A DNA stretch of 61,983 bases, the filler included, from Nemertoderma westbladi (taxonomy: Eukaryota; Animalia; Xenacoelomorpha): assembly GCA_032718475.1 (NCBI GenBank). It is 4 parts of 4 records of this genome, joined end to end, with 100 filler letters (N's around TTAATTAATTAA, not from the genome) between each part and the next. Parts side by side here need not be neighbours in the genome. Positions count along the whole stretch, not along the records: positions 1 to 20,794 come from JAUCBJ010007993.1; 3 more parts are not named here. One strand, 5' to 3'. Made by a program: the position numbers and the translations under genes. Below are positions 1 to 12,600 of the stretch, piece by piece (within the stretch, counting starts at the first letter, position 1; each line of letters opens with the position of its first letter). A model generated the notes under the pieces. The model saw nothing but the letters and a program-made list of their open reading frames with translations. It was not told the origin of the DNA and made no database searches.

Positions 1-881
1 CAAAATCATAACAAAAAGTCCCGTGACTTTAGCTCTCTTATTTTCCAAGAATCCCGTTCAACACATGTAATCAGCAGTGAGACAGGATAATTTCAGTTCA
101 GTAGCTCGGGATTGGTCGAAATCAGAACTAACTCAACGCAGGGCTATGGGTAACTGGGGCAACCTTCCCAAGCCGGCTGTCCAATCGAACAGCTCAGATC
201 CCTCCTAAAGGATTCCAACGCCTTGGAAGGGGGAACTGGTTAGCAAAGAAAACAAATCAGTCATATCCCAGAAAAACCTTTACAGTAGGTTTCAGAGTAT
301 TTTAGCGTATGGGGGAAAAACTGGGTTGCGGGGCGAAGGGCCAGTTACATCCCACAGAAGCTTTTACAATATGATTAGGTGAGTGAGTGAGTTATGATAA
401 CAGATATACGTTCTATAATTAAGCCTACTAATGTTGGGCTAAAGACTGAAAACACAGAGATTCCTGAAGCCGGTCTTCTGGGCTCAGGACAAAATGTAAA
501 CATTGACCCATAATGCATTGCGCGATTTCTCGGAGGTTTCTGTACAAAAAGCAGGAGAATCGCTCTGATTGGTTGACCGAACAAAGAAACACCAGAGAAC
601 AAGGAAAAAGCTACACGTGTACAGCTCAGCTGTTAGCTGTCGTCATAGTAACTACACTGTTTCAAGAGGATCTAGCTAGCGCATTGCGTCATAGAATTGC
701 TAATTATGTCCGCTAAAGTACACAGTTAGTTATGTCCGCTAAAGTACACATACAGAAGAAATGGCTTTTTATGTCCACTAAAACACCGGTACAGTAAGGG
801 TACGGCCTTTTATGCCTGTTAAACCAACTACAGAGTACTTTACGGGGAAAATAACCGGCTAATTCCGCAAAAGCTTTTACA
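1..881 (-). repeat. Two adjacent copies of an LTR-like dispersed repeat (approx. 1-369 and 400-881)
   Basis: Both copies end in AAGCTTTTACA (TGTAAAAGCTT on the minus strand). Segments 92-107, 424-470 and 766-881 are clearly similar to parts of 20950-21437 on another contig. The LTR nature is inferred from the TG start only. Confidence 0.5.
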
Positions 882-1173
882 ATATATCTAAAAGATACAA
901 GAGATACATATCTAAAAAATTAGATATGTAATTGCTTGGTTTAGTGTTATGGTTACAAAATCAAAACTGTATTCTCATCCTTAATGGTAGCCTATATAAT
1001 ATACCATAAAGTAATTTAGTAAAAATGATAGCTATTACATGATGAGCTATGAGCTATGTACATGATTTGCTTACATACTATATAGTTTGTTTTGAGTTTC
1101 ACCCAGTTTTTTTCATCATTGGCGATTATTCCTGTGGTGCAGGATATTCGCGGCTAATTAAACAATTACTGTA

Positions 1174-2113
1174 CTAGTGTAGCAGCAGTGAGTTTCTGTT
1201 GTGAGGCGATGAAAAATCTATTTCTGGGCCAATTGGGATAATAAGATGGGGATTTACGATTTCATAGTTATACAAAGGGGATGCGAAATAGGTTAGCTTA
1301 ACATGTCCCATATCAATAGAATCCCCAAATCCCTTTGTTTGGTACAAATCCTTTACGTAATTCCACATATTTGGAAAATCCGAAATTCTCCTCAAGTTGC
1401 ACTTACACAACACGTTATAAACCGTATCAAACCGAACGAGCACAACGAACAATCTAATATCCACCTCAGTTATGCTCTCTCCAAAAACGTATCGGCTATT
1501 CTTTAGTATTTCTTCCACACGATCCAGCGCGGCAAACAGTTGCTTTGCTGCCGTCTCATATGTATCCTGCGTATTCGCAAGTCCTGCTCTATAAGTACTA
1601 TTGATTATATCATCACGGGTCCATTCATTCATATCATCAATTTGAGCCCTTAAACCCTCTGGGTACACATCAAAGTCAGCTTGTTCCGGGGTTTTGGAGA
1701 ACTTATTGAACTCGGAGTTGAGTATGCGGATAATATCGGCACTCTCATTGTTCACTATTGTGTTCGTTACCTTATCGAACGAATAGCACCGGAACGGTGA
1801 TTCTACCGGTGTAACCCGGATCGGATTCCATGTAAGTATCTCGCAGTAGTTTCCTTCCCTGGTGCAGGGAATCTTTGGAGCAACCCGGGAAGGTTTCATC
1901 GAAACTCCATCCCGACTCACCCACCTGTGGGTGGACAATATCAACAGAAATCACATCCTCCAGTCCTTTTAATGTTCGTGTTATGAGAGCGCGCTGGGCA
2001 AAGGGGCATGATAGCGCAACATAGAGATGGTACCGACCGCTCTCCGGACGGTATCCATCCGTCCCTTCCTCGTTAATCCACTTCCTAAATGAATCGCTAT
2101 GATTGGAAAACAT
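1174..2113 (-). pseudogene. yqjG: Glutathionyl-hydroquinone reductase (GST Xi class, YqjG/ECM4-like), intronless, frameshifted by a 4-bp duplication
   Basis: The N-terminal ORF 1772-2113 has GRYHLYVALSCPFAQR and YTGRITVPVLF. The C-terminal ORF continues DKVTNTIVNNESADIIR...DIRLFVVLVRFDTVY...NPHLIIPIGP. Removing one CGAA at 1776-1783 gives a continuous 311-aa protein. Confidence 0.88.
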
Positions 2114-2206
2114 TCTTAGATAATTATTTTCTTCTATAAAATAAATCTTCTAGAATCTTATGAATAAAACAAATAAGTGATATAGTAAATCCTGTAAACT
2201 AAAATA

Positions 2207-2385
2207 ATGAAATCTACAAACAACCGCGTATCGACTGTTCTCGAGTTATTTACAGAAGCGGTACAGTTCTATGGTTCACCTTCGAGAGTGAGAGGTTACA
2301 AGGGGGGTGAGAACCGGGATTTTGCTGAGTATATGATCCTGAATCGCGGATGTAGAGGGGGGAGTTTCATTGCGGGACGCAATGA
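2207..2385 (+). mobile_element. Integrase-core (DDE) fragment of an IS3EU/Ginger-like DNA transposon
   Basis: STNNRVSTVLELFTEAVQFYGSPSRVRGYKGGENRDFAEYM...GSFIAGR matches the NN.A.TV..F..AV..YG.PSRVR.D.G.EN pattern of eukaryotic integrase-core proteins. The catalytic D is replaced by Y and the fragment is truncated. Confidence 0.65.
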
Positions 2386-3829
2386 AACTCTTGTAAAATT
2401 GTTATTAAATTATTTGTATAATTAGCATTTAATTAGCATTAATTTGTATTTTTTAGTTTAACTTGTAAAATATAAATTCTACATACATTACAACTCAAAT
2501 ACTCATAGAATATTTAATTTTAATTATTAATGCCATAACCAAAAGTTTAATAGCAACAACCGTCTGCTGGTAATAATTATGTAATATATGAATATATTTA
2601 GTATTGATACTGTAATAATAATAATATAATATATATTATACAATATATAATATAATAATATATATAATAATATAATACTGATACTGGTATCTTTGCAAAT
2701 GTTTTATAATTATTTCTTTGCAAATATTTAAATATATTTTTGTTTAATTGAAAATGACAAGTTGTTAATAAAGTTAAAATATCTTACAATTTGATGAATT
2801 GGAGGTGAGGTGATAGTGCAACTGCAATATTACCAGTGTTTTCGTAAATATCAACAAATGTGAAAGAATGTAAGTGAAAAATTCTAACACGAGCTCTCGT
2901 GTTAACTAACACATAACCTAGATAAAAATTTTCAACTAGTTTTTTTATAATATTTACCAGCCCAAGGGTTTAAAATCTGCTATTAAGTGATAATTAAGTA
3001 ATACATTATAAAAAGTCCTTAAAGAACTATAAACTATCAAAGTGAATCAAGCAAAAAAATATTTACAACATGTTCAAGATGCCGCAGTATATGATGACCA
3101 TAGAGCAAACGTATATATTTTATTTAGCCTACATGGTTAGTATGGTAATTAATTAGACTGTAACTAAGTGTTCATAAAATTTGCACCTGTGGTCTGCCTA
3201 ATTATATTCGTCTATATAACACCATATGTGACACCAAACGGTAACTAAGTCGAACTGTTAACCCAGAGCATACGAGTTATTAAGTCGCAGCCATATTGGA
3301 AAGTGGATACTCAAAATTAAAATTAAAATTTTACCGTCGTATATCGGTGACTCTAAAATAATATTGCGACAATATCAAATCATTTCGTAGACACCATTCG
3401 TAAAATTAACCAAATTCTTAAATCTTTGAGTCTTAATTCAGTGCCCTTCCTATCTTCAATACCTCCACCCCTCAAAATGTTTCTACATATCTTAATATCA
3501 ACTCACTCTTCTAAACTGTATGTTAGGTGGTGTGTAAGCTGAATGACTGCGTTAGTTACACAGTGTGTTGGGAGGCTCAGGGACCCCGGCCTGCCGGCCA
3601 CACTGTGACTGTTGTCCTTAAATAATATCCCCATTGTTGAGGTTAATGAGCATTAACACCTCGGCTGTATACTGAGGCCGGAGTTAAAGTGGCATTTGCA
3701 GATTAATTCCATGATTAGTCGTGCAAGTGGAATTTGAACATGTTGCGTTCGGTAAAATAATATATTGTCAATAGAAAAGCTCTTAACAATATTTAAGTTT
3801 CTTTATTAGATCTACCTTAGAATATGTTA

Positions 3830-4036
3830 GTCCAGTCTGGGATAACAGTTCAGAGGAATTAAAAAACTCCCTGGAACTACTGAACAAAGAAGCGATTCGA
3901 CTAATCTGCAACAAAGTAAAGGTGTCTTGTTCGTCCTCTGATTTATATGCTGAGTCTGGACTATGTACTCTTCAAGAGCGCCGAAACTTTCAGAAACTTG
4001 TAATTATGTATAAAATGATGAACGGATCCGCCCCTG
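3830..4036 (+). mobile_element. CR1-group LINE 3' fragment, left part (host of the nested insertion)
   Basis: Translates NSLELLNKEAIRLIC...SSDLYAESGLCTLQERRNFQKLVIMYKMMNGSAP, a typical post-RT CR1 region. It continues at about 9004. Confidence 0.65.
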
Positions 4037-4123
4037 GACACTGAAGGGCCACTCTCACCTCAACTTTTAGCAGTATTAGCCAACGCGCCAGCCGCTGCTG
4101 CCTTCAACAAAAAACAAGACGAT

Positions 4124-4993
4124 ATGCTAAACAATCTCGGTCAAATAAATAGCGCCATCGGCCACCTCACAAACGAAGTTGCCTCGCTAAAAAAACAGCT
4201 GAGTGTCGCTCAGGAAGCCGTTAACATTGTCAAAATCTTAAAACAAGAAAACGTAGATCTTAAAAAAGAAATTATTGAATTGAAGAAACATAACGACGTG
4301 CAGGACCAGTACACTCGGCGGAATAATATTCTGCTTCACGGTGTACCGGAAGACGATTCCCGGAACATGATTTCTCTTATCCAATCCCTGGGTGTTTCCC
4401 AGCGGGATATCGATGTTTATCATCGCCTCGGGAAGGTACCAAAGGGATCCAATAAACCACGGCCAATGATATTTCGGTTTAAGGGACATTCTGCGCGCAT
4501 AACATGCTTTAAAAATGCTTGTAAACTGCCCCAAGGTATGTACTTCAGCGAACATCTCACAAATTCTCGAGCTCGTCTTCTGCGCAAGGCAAAGGATGAA
4601 AAGCGAAACGGTAACCTCCACGCCGCTTACTCAATTAACGGAGTTGTGCGCGTACGACAAGCCCCAGATACCAAGCCAGTCATTATTTATACTGAAGAAG
4701 GCCTTGACAACCTTTTAGCAGATGGAAACGTACCGTTAGATGGTTTTGCAACAGTAAAACCGAAGTCATGAAAAGGAAGTTCCTCAAAGTCGTTGAAACT
4801 TCCTCGACCCCGAAGTTCAAATGCGAAAGAATATCACCGATCGCCTGAATTGAACCAATCGACAAACAGCTATGCTGCATTGGATGATGATGTAGATGTC
4901 GAAGAGGAAATCGGTAGGTCTGTTACTCTCAACTCGTGGGGTGAGCAGGAGGAAAAAACTCCAGAGACAAGTGTTATAGAGGCGGATGATTGA
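4124..4993 (+). pseudogene. LINE ORF1p (coiled coil + RRM/L1-transposase-like) with an in-frame TGA at 4769-4771
   Basis: Motifs QYTRRNNILLHGVPE, DIDVYHRLG, PRPMIFRF and YFSEHLT. ORF 4793-4993 is in the same frame after the TGA. The frame is also open upstream of 4124 to the insertion junction. Confidence 0.8.
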
Positions 4994-5356
4994 ACTGAAT
5001 CTTATTGCAGTATTGGGTTTGTAGACTTATATCTAACTACTGAACAATATCTTCTACTAAAACTCTCGTTTTATAATTAACCCTTCTGATATTACATACA
5101 ACAATAATTTCTGTTCATCCTCATTCATTTCGCCATAGTTCATCTCGAGTAGCGTAATGTCACATAAAACATATTAACACCCGTAGCTAATGTGTTAATT
5201 AATACTACCTAATTGTATTAAAACGGGACTTATTTGTATGTAACTATGTATTGAAGTCAGTCTTATCAATTTACGTAATTAAAAGAAAGACATTAGGTTG
5301 TGGGAAACATAATATCATATCTTGGTTCTTGTTATTGGATCTGTATCATCATTATC

Positions 5357-8300
5357 ATGTCACAACTTGCTCCACCTGTTTCACCTTCCTGTTGGGTATG
5401 TTACTCTAGCACTGAAAACCCTGCCCATGCTTTTTGCTGTACAGTTTGTAAGGAAAATTTTCACTTTCAATGTGGTACTTTTTTAAACCTCAAAGAATTT
5501 TTGGTGGTGAAGGACAGACCTCAATATATTATTTGGTGTCTACATTGTGCGAGAGAACTGTTTCCCTTTAGCAATGTGGCATCTAATGACGAGGATATTT
5601 TTGACCCTGAATTTGTAACCCCGGATTTCTCTACAGAATATGAAACTACGGCTTTTGCAGACCTCGATCCCGATGTAAATATAATTGATGCATCGGTGGA
5701 CGGTGGTTTTTTCGATATTGATTCCTTTAACAAAAAATTTCCTGAAAATTTACTGCCTCAAAAATCCACCGATGTGTCATTGTTTCATTTAAACTGTAGA
5801 AGCTTATTTAAAAACTTTTCTGCAATAAACGAGTTTTTATCGAGCATTAATCATAATTTCACATTTTTAGCATTTACAGAGCCCTTTCTTAAAGATGATA
5901 TAACCATTAAACTCACTGAAATTGATGGCTACAATCCGCCATTCTACGATTTTAAGACAGACACTACTTCTGGTAGAGGTGGAGCTGCAATATACTTAAA
6001 AAAAGGGGTTACTGGTATAGAGAGAACCGACCTAAAAATAAATATTCCTGGGGTTGAAAATGTTTGGACTGAAATTCAACAAACAAAAAGTGACTCTAAA
6101 AATAATTCCCTAATCGTCGGCTGTATTTACCGGCCTGGTTCGGTCGACTATGATACCTTTATTTCAAAATTAGAGGCCCAGTTTGAGAAATTAAATAAAG
6201 AAAAATGTGATGTAATAATATGTGGAGATTTTAATATAGATTTGCTGAAACACACAGGGAATTCAAAAAGGTATCTTGATATAATTAATGCTTCTGGTTA
6301 TAAACAACACATTAGAAATGCTACGCGAATTTTTAAGGATTCTAAAACGCTTATCGATCATTTATTTACAAATATTTCTCACAAAGTTATAGAGTCTGGA
6401 AACTTTCTTACTGAAGTTGGGTCTACAGACCACCTGCCAATCTTCGGAGTATTAAAAAATTTAGGTAGCTATTTTCATATTGAAAAGAAGTTTAGATATG
6501 ACTATAGTAACTTTAATGAGTTTAACTTTTCTCATGATCTTGAAAACCCAGCGAACTGGAACTATAACGATTCTAAAATTCCTCTGGAACAAAAATACGA
6601 GGTATTTTATAACGATTTAAAGACGATATGTGATCAACATGTAAAACTTAAAGAATTTACCATAAATTCTAATCCAGTAAGAAAGCCTTGGATTACCAAT
6701 GGGATTGCTAAATCCATTGAAGTTAAAAATAAGCTCTATGTTCGACAACTAACTTCCAAAAATAAACATGTTAAAATTGAGTACCAAAAGTATCGTAATC
6801 ATGTATCTACAATTTTGAGGCTAGCCGAAAAAAGGTATTATGAGTCAGCTTTTCTCGAGTCTGGTCGAAATATGAGACGCACGTGGAAAATTATAAATAT
6901 GGCTATTTCAAACAACACATCTCGTTGCACGCCTAAGCGTCTGCGTCTCAAACAAAACAATAGCCAGAATATAAGCGATAATCCTCAACTTATTGCAGAA
7001 GAGTTTAATACTTTTTTTACAAATGTCGCAAAAAACCTTGCTGGGAATTTGCCTCAGGCCAAAAGTTGCCCGCTAAAATTGATAAAGGGAATCAAATCAT
7101 CTTCAAAGTCGTTTTCATTGATTGAAACATCAGCTGTTGAGGTTGAGTACCATATTCGCCTCCTGAAGGAATCTAGTTCAACAAATGACGTAATCCCAAT
7201 CAAACTTGTAAAAATAGGGGCTCATATAATATCTCATCATCTATCTGATTTAATTAATGTATCCTTTCGCAGCGGAAAATTCCCGAATTCTTTAAAACAG
7301 GCAAGAGTAACCCCTGTCTAAAAAGCAGAAGACCCCCTAGAAGCAAGCAATTATCGCCCAATTAGTGTTCTCCCGGTTTTTAGTAAGATTTATGAAAAGA
7401 TCATTTATGACCAATTAGCATCGTTCATATCATGTCACAATTTGTTAATTAATCGTCAGTTTGGATTTAGAAAAAATCGTAGCACCTTTCAGGCTATCCT
7501 TACTGTAACAGAACAAATAATTGACGCTATTGAATCTGGAGAATCATCTTGTGCCTTATACATCGATATAAGGAAAGCATTCGATACAATTGATCATAGT
7601 GTTTTGCTTAAAAAATTAGAATACTACGGTGTGCGAGGCAAACCCCTTAATCTATTTAAAGACTATGTTTCAAACCGAACCCAGTGCGTTAACTTAAACG
7701 GATATTCCTCTTCAATTGCCACCATAACAACTGGAGTCCCACAAGGTAGCCTTTTAGGCCCATTATTATTTTTGGTCTATATCAACGATTTATCCTCAGT
7801 TACAGATATGGAAACAACCTTGTTCGCGGATGATGCTAGTTTCATTACCCGCCATAAAGTACCCGAAAACCTTTTTGACAAAGTTAATGGGGAATTAATC
7901 AAAATCCAGGAATGGCTCGTGTCAAATCGATTAACGTTAAACGTGAAGAAAACAGAATATATTTTATACGGAAATAAATTTTGCGATCGTAATTTGAATA
8001 TAGGAGGAACAAGGTTGAAACAAGTGCAACAGATTAAATATCTAGGTGTAATAATGGATGCTAATGTAACATGGAAAGCACATATAGAGTTTGTTTTAAA
8101 AAAAATATCAAAATGTTCAGGATTGTTTTATAAATTACGGCATCTGTTTTCTCTTAATATTTTAAAGCAACTTTACTACTCCCTCGTTCACCCATATATC
8201 CAGTATTGCTTAATAGTCTGGGGTCGAGCCAAACAAAGTCAAATACAAAAAATTCGCATTAAAGTAAATAAAATTTTAAGGTGCATCACCTATTCTGATA

Positions 8301-8656
8301 ACCAAAGCCATTCATTTCCAATTTATCGTAATTTACGTATATTGCCGATTCAGCACTTACACTGTCTACAATTAGGTCTACTAATGCATTCCGTTTTCTA
8401 TGAATATGAAGTTACTGACTTTTCAAAATCTTTTCAACGTGTAGGACAGATTCATCGACATCATACAAGAGCCGCAGAAACAAACAAATTTTTTATACCT
8501 CGGAAAAAACTAACACTTGGCCAGGCATCTCTTGCATACGCTGGGGCGAAATTGTGGAATAATATTCCGGAATATATATGTACCATTAATTCTAAAGGAC
8601 TATTTAAAAACAATTTAACTAACGAATTATTCAAACATGAAAAACCGTTCATATAA
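5357..8656 (+). pseudogene. LINE ORF2p: PHD finger + APE endonuclease + reverse transcriptase, one in-frame TAA at 7319-7321
   Basis: PHD: CWVC..CTVC..HFQC..CLHC. APE: HLNCRSL, GDFNID, TDHLP. RT: NYRPISVLP, QFGFR, KAFDTIDH, GVPQGS, FADD. ORFs 5300-7321 and 7442-8656 share a frame across VTPV*KAED. Confidence 0.92.
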
Positions 8657-9003
8657 GTACTACTTTGCAGTTGCAAATAATACAGCATAACCAATATTAA
8701 AATTGAGTTTTTACTACAATGGGCTGGAGTATCTGGAGTGACGACCCGGGGGTGAGGGGGGGGGGGGGGGGTGTAGTTTGTGCTTATAAACAGTTGGTAT
8801 TGCATAGATCTGATCATCTTCATAATCATATCATCCATAGGCTTCACATTTTAGGGCGACCGCCACTCAACTCGCATTGCGACAAGGCGGCGTCCTACTT
8901 CATCAACATAACTTTGTCAGTTTTTAATTCACATTAAATAAAATGTGCAATTATAAGTATATATATACTGTAACAATGCTTGAAGTAAATAAAACAAATA
9001 AAT

Positions 9004-10250
9004 GAAACAATTCGTTAGACTTGCGTCCTCCTTTTGCTCGGACCAATTTTTATAAAAATGCGTTTTTACCATCATCAGTAAGGCTATGGAACACATTGCC
9101 CATTGAGATCCGTAATTCTGAAACCCTCCAATCATTTAAAACTAACATATACCCTTTAGTATGCAATGTCCACTCTGTTCCACCATATTTCTTAATGGGT
9201 TCGCCAGCAATAAACGGTTTGTTATCCTGCCTGCGGTGCAATTGTTCATCTTTCAAACTTTATTAAACCATCTAAAAGTTGCCGGTGTGGTCACGTTAAA
9301 GAGGACGCATTACATTACTTCTTTGAATGCCCGTTGTACCATAATTTCCACCTCATTATGCAAGCCAATATTGTTTCTCTTGGTTTCTGTCCCTCTTTGT
9401 TTCTATTATTGCAAGGCCCCCAAAATAAGAATGATCTGAATGGGGCCGAATCCATAATTTATGCAATCACTGATTTTGTAGAGAAGACAGGAAGATTTAA
9501 CCATTTGGGGTACTACAACTCCAATAACCGGGCATAATAATAATAATATCAAGTGCCGTAATTGTTTTTCATTTCATTTATTGCTTTGACTATAAATGTA
9601 TGTCCTGCTGCAGATTACGGACTGTTACCTGAAATTGTATGTTGTTGCTATATTTTTAACTATTTTCATTGAGCCATAGAACGAGTTGGAGGCTACTTAG
9701 AGTGATTTGACAAATTTAACTTGTACAATATTATATATCATGTAGCATTATATATCATGTTGCAACATGTAGCATTATTCATTGTACGTGCAATTAATTT
9801 AGTGTCTACCATGGTCACTACAATATTTACGCTAATTAATATTACACTAAGAAATTGTAATATTGCATTGTAATAATGTATATTATATTTAACTATTTTG
9901 TAATTTGTAATTTGTTTTGACGATATGATGACTTTTGCCTTGTTTACCTTTTGGGTGTAGTTCTATCTAATTATAGTATGAATCGTTAGTGCTTACCTTT
10001 GCAGCAGTCTGGTGGTGTATGTATGTTGTGCACTTTTGCGTATGAGTGGTCTGCGTACTGTTTGTATGTATGTGTGCAATGTTCGTATGATATGTATGCT
10101 AGTTGTATGTCATCTTTTTGAAAAGGTATATCAATCTAAAATATATTTGGTGCAATTTATACAGTTTATCGTTATTGATAAACGGGCTTAACATGAGCTT
10201 TGGCTTATTGCCCAATCATCCTCACCAATGAGGTTAATAAAATAAATAAA
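9004..10250 (+). mobile_element. CR1-group LINE 3' fragment, right part, with 3' UTR and tail
   Basis: NNSLDLRPPFARTNFYKNAFLPSSVRLWNTLP, followed by a frameshifted CRCG...HYFFECP zinc-knuckle. The end is CR1-like: GGGCTTAACATGAGC...TTGCCCAATC...AATAAAATAAATAAA near 10250. Confidence 0.7.
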
Positions 10251-10479
10251 TGTTAAATGAAATGATGTTTCGCCAACTCAGAGGGACATAAAATTACACA
10301 AAAACTGCATCTGAACCTGGCTGTTTATAACAGTACTAATATTAAATAATGATTGCCAAATTATTTTGGAATTGATTGTCACTTTATGTTATTTTACGAA
10401 CACGCGAAAGGAGTTCGTGAATTATTGAAACAATGGAGGTAAATACATTTAGGCAATGCTATGTGACAATTATTATTAA

Positions 10480-10761
10480 GTAAAAGTAAAGTAAAGTAAA
10501 TTTTCTTCGGCCGCTAGACCAGGGATTACGCACAAAGTCTGACGACTTATTTCCAGTGCGGTCCCCCCATAACTAATTCTCCCCAGAGGAAACTCCAGTA
10601 CTCATTTAGCTACCACTTAAGGATGCAAGTCAGAGAGGCGCCCGGGCTGGACCCTTTAAAGCATTTCGTGCCGAAACGAAAACCGCCCTGGCCAATGCGA
10701 GAATCGAACCCACGACCTACGGGAGATGTAAATTCAATGCAACCACTCCACCGTGGTGGAG
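10480..10761 (-). mobile_element. tRNA-derived SINE
   Basis: On the minus strand: A-box-like GGTGGAGTGG, B box GGTTCGATTC, a core containing (plus strand) CCAGTACTCATTT, and a (TTTAC)n tail at 10480-10500. Confidence 0.65.
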
Positions 10762-11199
10762 TGTTATACACAATGTTATGCAACATTGATTTGTTATAAA
10801 TAAATAAATAAATAAATAATAAAATGTTATAAATAATTAGTACCGGTATTGATAGTTGTTGTTGTAGTAGCGGTTGTTGAATCTTTCAGGGGATTGAAGT
10901 GCTTACATAAATGCGTAGACAAGACAATTGGAAGCCATTCGTAGCAGACTAATTCTCCCCCGATATTTTCTGTCGTGTTGATATGTCAGCGTTAACGTTA
11001 CTTTTAGCTACAGTACCTCATTATTTCTGTTATATCCAAGGCGTCCTAATTTAAATAATAGTCCGGCGAATACTGTATATACCGTCTTTTCACTGAATCT
11101 TGTACATGGGAGTACATAGTAAAAAATATATGATATATGAAAATCATATGGCCCTGATTTGTTAGTAAGTGAGCATTTATATTATGGTTTGTGTTATTC

Positions 11200-12600
11200 T
11201 TTATTAACTAAATTACGTATCTTAGTAAATCCAATTCTTATACATGGATACATGCCTGAAAGTTTAATGCTAAGTATTATTATACCTTTATTAAAGGATC
11301 GTACTGGTGATGTAACGTCTAAGGACAATTATCGAGGTATCGCATTGTCAACGGTGCTCAGTAAAATTCTAGAAATTATTTTACTTAGTAGGTGTCATAA
11401 TTATATTGCGACTAGAGGTAATCAGTTCGGGTTTAAACCGGGACTAGGTACAGAAACATGTGTATATACATTGAAGGAATTAATCAACTATTATCTTGCC
11501 AATGACACACCGGTTTTTGTGTGTATGTTAGATGCTTCCAAAGCCTTCGATAGAGTAAACCACTTTAAACTTTTTAAGAAATTATTGGCGTTAGGTTTCC
11601 CGGTATATATTGTACGGTTGTTAGCTTTTTGGTATAGGACGCAGCAAATGTGTGTCAATTGGGATGGAAATAAATCCTCAACGTTTACGGTATCTAACGG
11701 TACCCGCCAGGGTGGTTTATTAAGCCCGACATTATTTATTGTATACGTTGACGGTTTAAGTAAACAACTCACTGACACGGGTGTAGGTTGTTGTTTAGGA
11801 GGTTTACGTATAAACCATATCATGTACGCAGATGATTTGTGCTTATTGTCAAACTCAATGATTGGCCTGCAAATACTAATTAATAAGGCAGTATCTTTTG
11901 CAAATGCTAATTCAATTTTGTTTAATACAGTAAAGACTAAATGTTTATATTATGTGCCTCAATGTTGCAAAGGTTTGGAAGTAGGTAGGGTCTATCTATA
12001 TAACAGACCAATCGACATAGTAGAAAAATTCAAGTACCTAGGACACTGGTTGCATTGTAGTACGGATGATGACTTTGATATTAAATCACAGACGTGCTCG
12101 ATATACGCTAGGGCGAATATGCTCGTTAGAAAATTTGGAAGATGCTCAGATAATGTTAAAAAGTGCTTATTTAAAGCTTACATAACACCAGTGTATTGTA
12201 ATGCATTGTGGGCACGGCGTAATTATACTGGTGCAGTGTTTAATAAGCTATCGGTTGCATATAATAATGCTGTTCGTTTATTATTTAATGTCCCTAGAAT
12301 GACTAATGATGAACCGACGAGCATGTCATTGAAATTTGGTAGGGTTAACCTACCAATGTTCGTACACATTCATCATGCGTCTCTGGGTAGTCTCGAGAGA
12401 AGAGTATCTAAATCCAATAACGATATTTTAAGTACTACATTTAATTTCTGTCACCAATACAGTAGAATATTTAGTTAGGATAATAATATGTGCTATTTAA
12501 TTATATTACTAATAAGTCTTGTATCAGTTGTGTTAGTGTATATATATATATATTTTACTATGGGCCGTATAGCCTGAAATAAACAATAATAATAATAATA
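11200..12600 (+). mobile_element. 5'-truncated RTE-X-type LINE; RT ORF 11159-12478
   Basis: DNYRGIAL, NQFGFK, FVCMLDASKAFDRVNH, NGTRQGGLLSP, YADD. The 3' end is TATGGGCC...GCCTGAAATAAAC followed by an (AAT)n tail. Confidence 0.85.

Larger units (their letters stand above)
4037..9003 (+). mobile_element. Near full-length L2/CR1-group (Crack/Daphne-like) non-LTR retrotransposon, 5'-truncated within ORF1
   Basis: Contains ORF1, a PHD-APE-RT ORF2, a 3' UTR with a GC stem-loop (about 8852-8897) and an AATAAA/A-rich tail ending near 9003. Confidence 0.88.

Noticed and set aside
1772-1790. Programmed frameshift or tiny intron in the GST gene
   Set aside because: There is no slippery heptamer or GT-AG pair; an exact 4-bp tandem duplication explains the shift.
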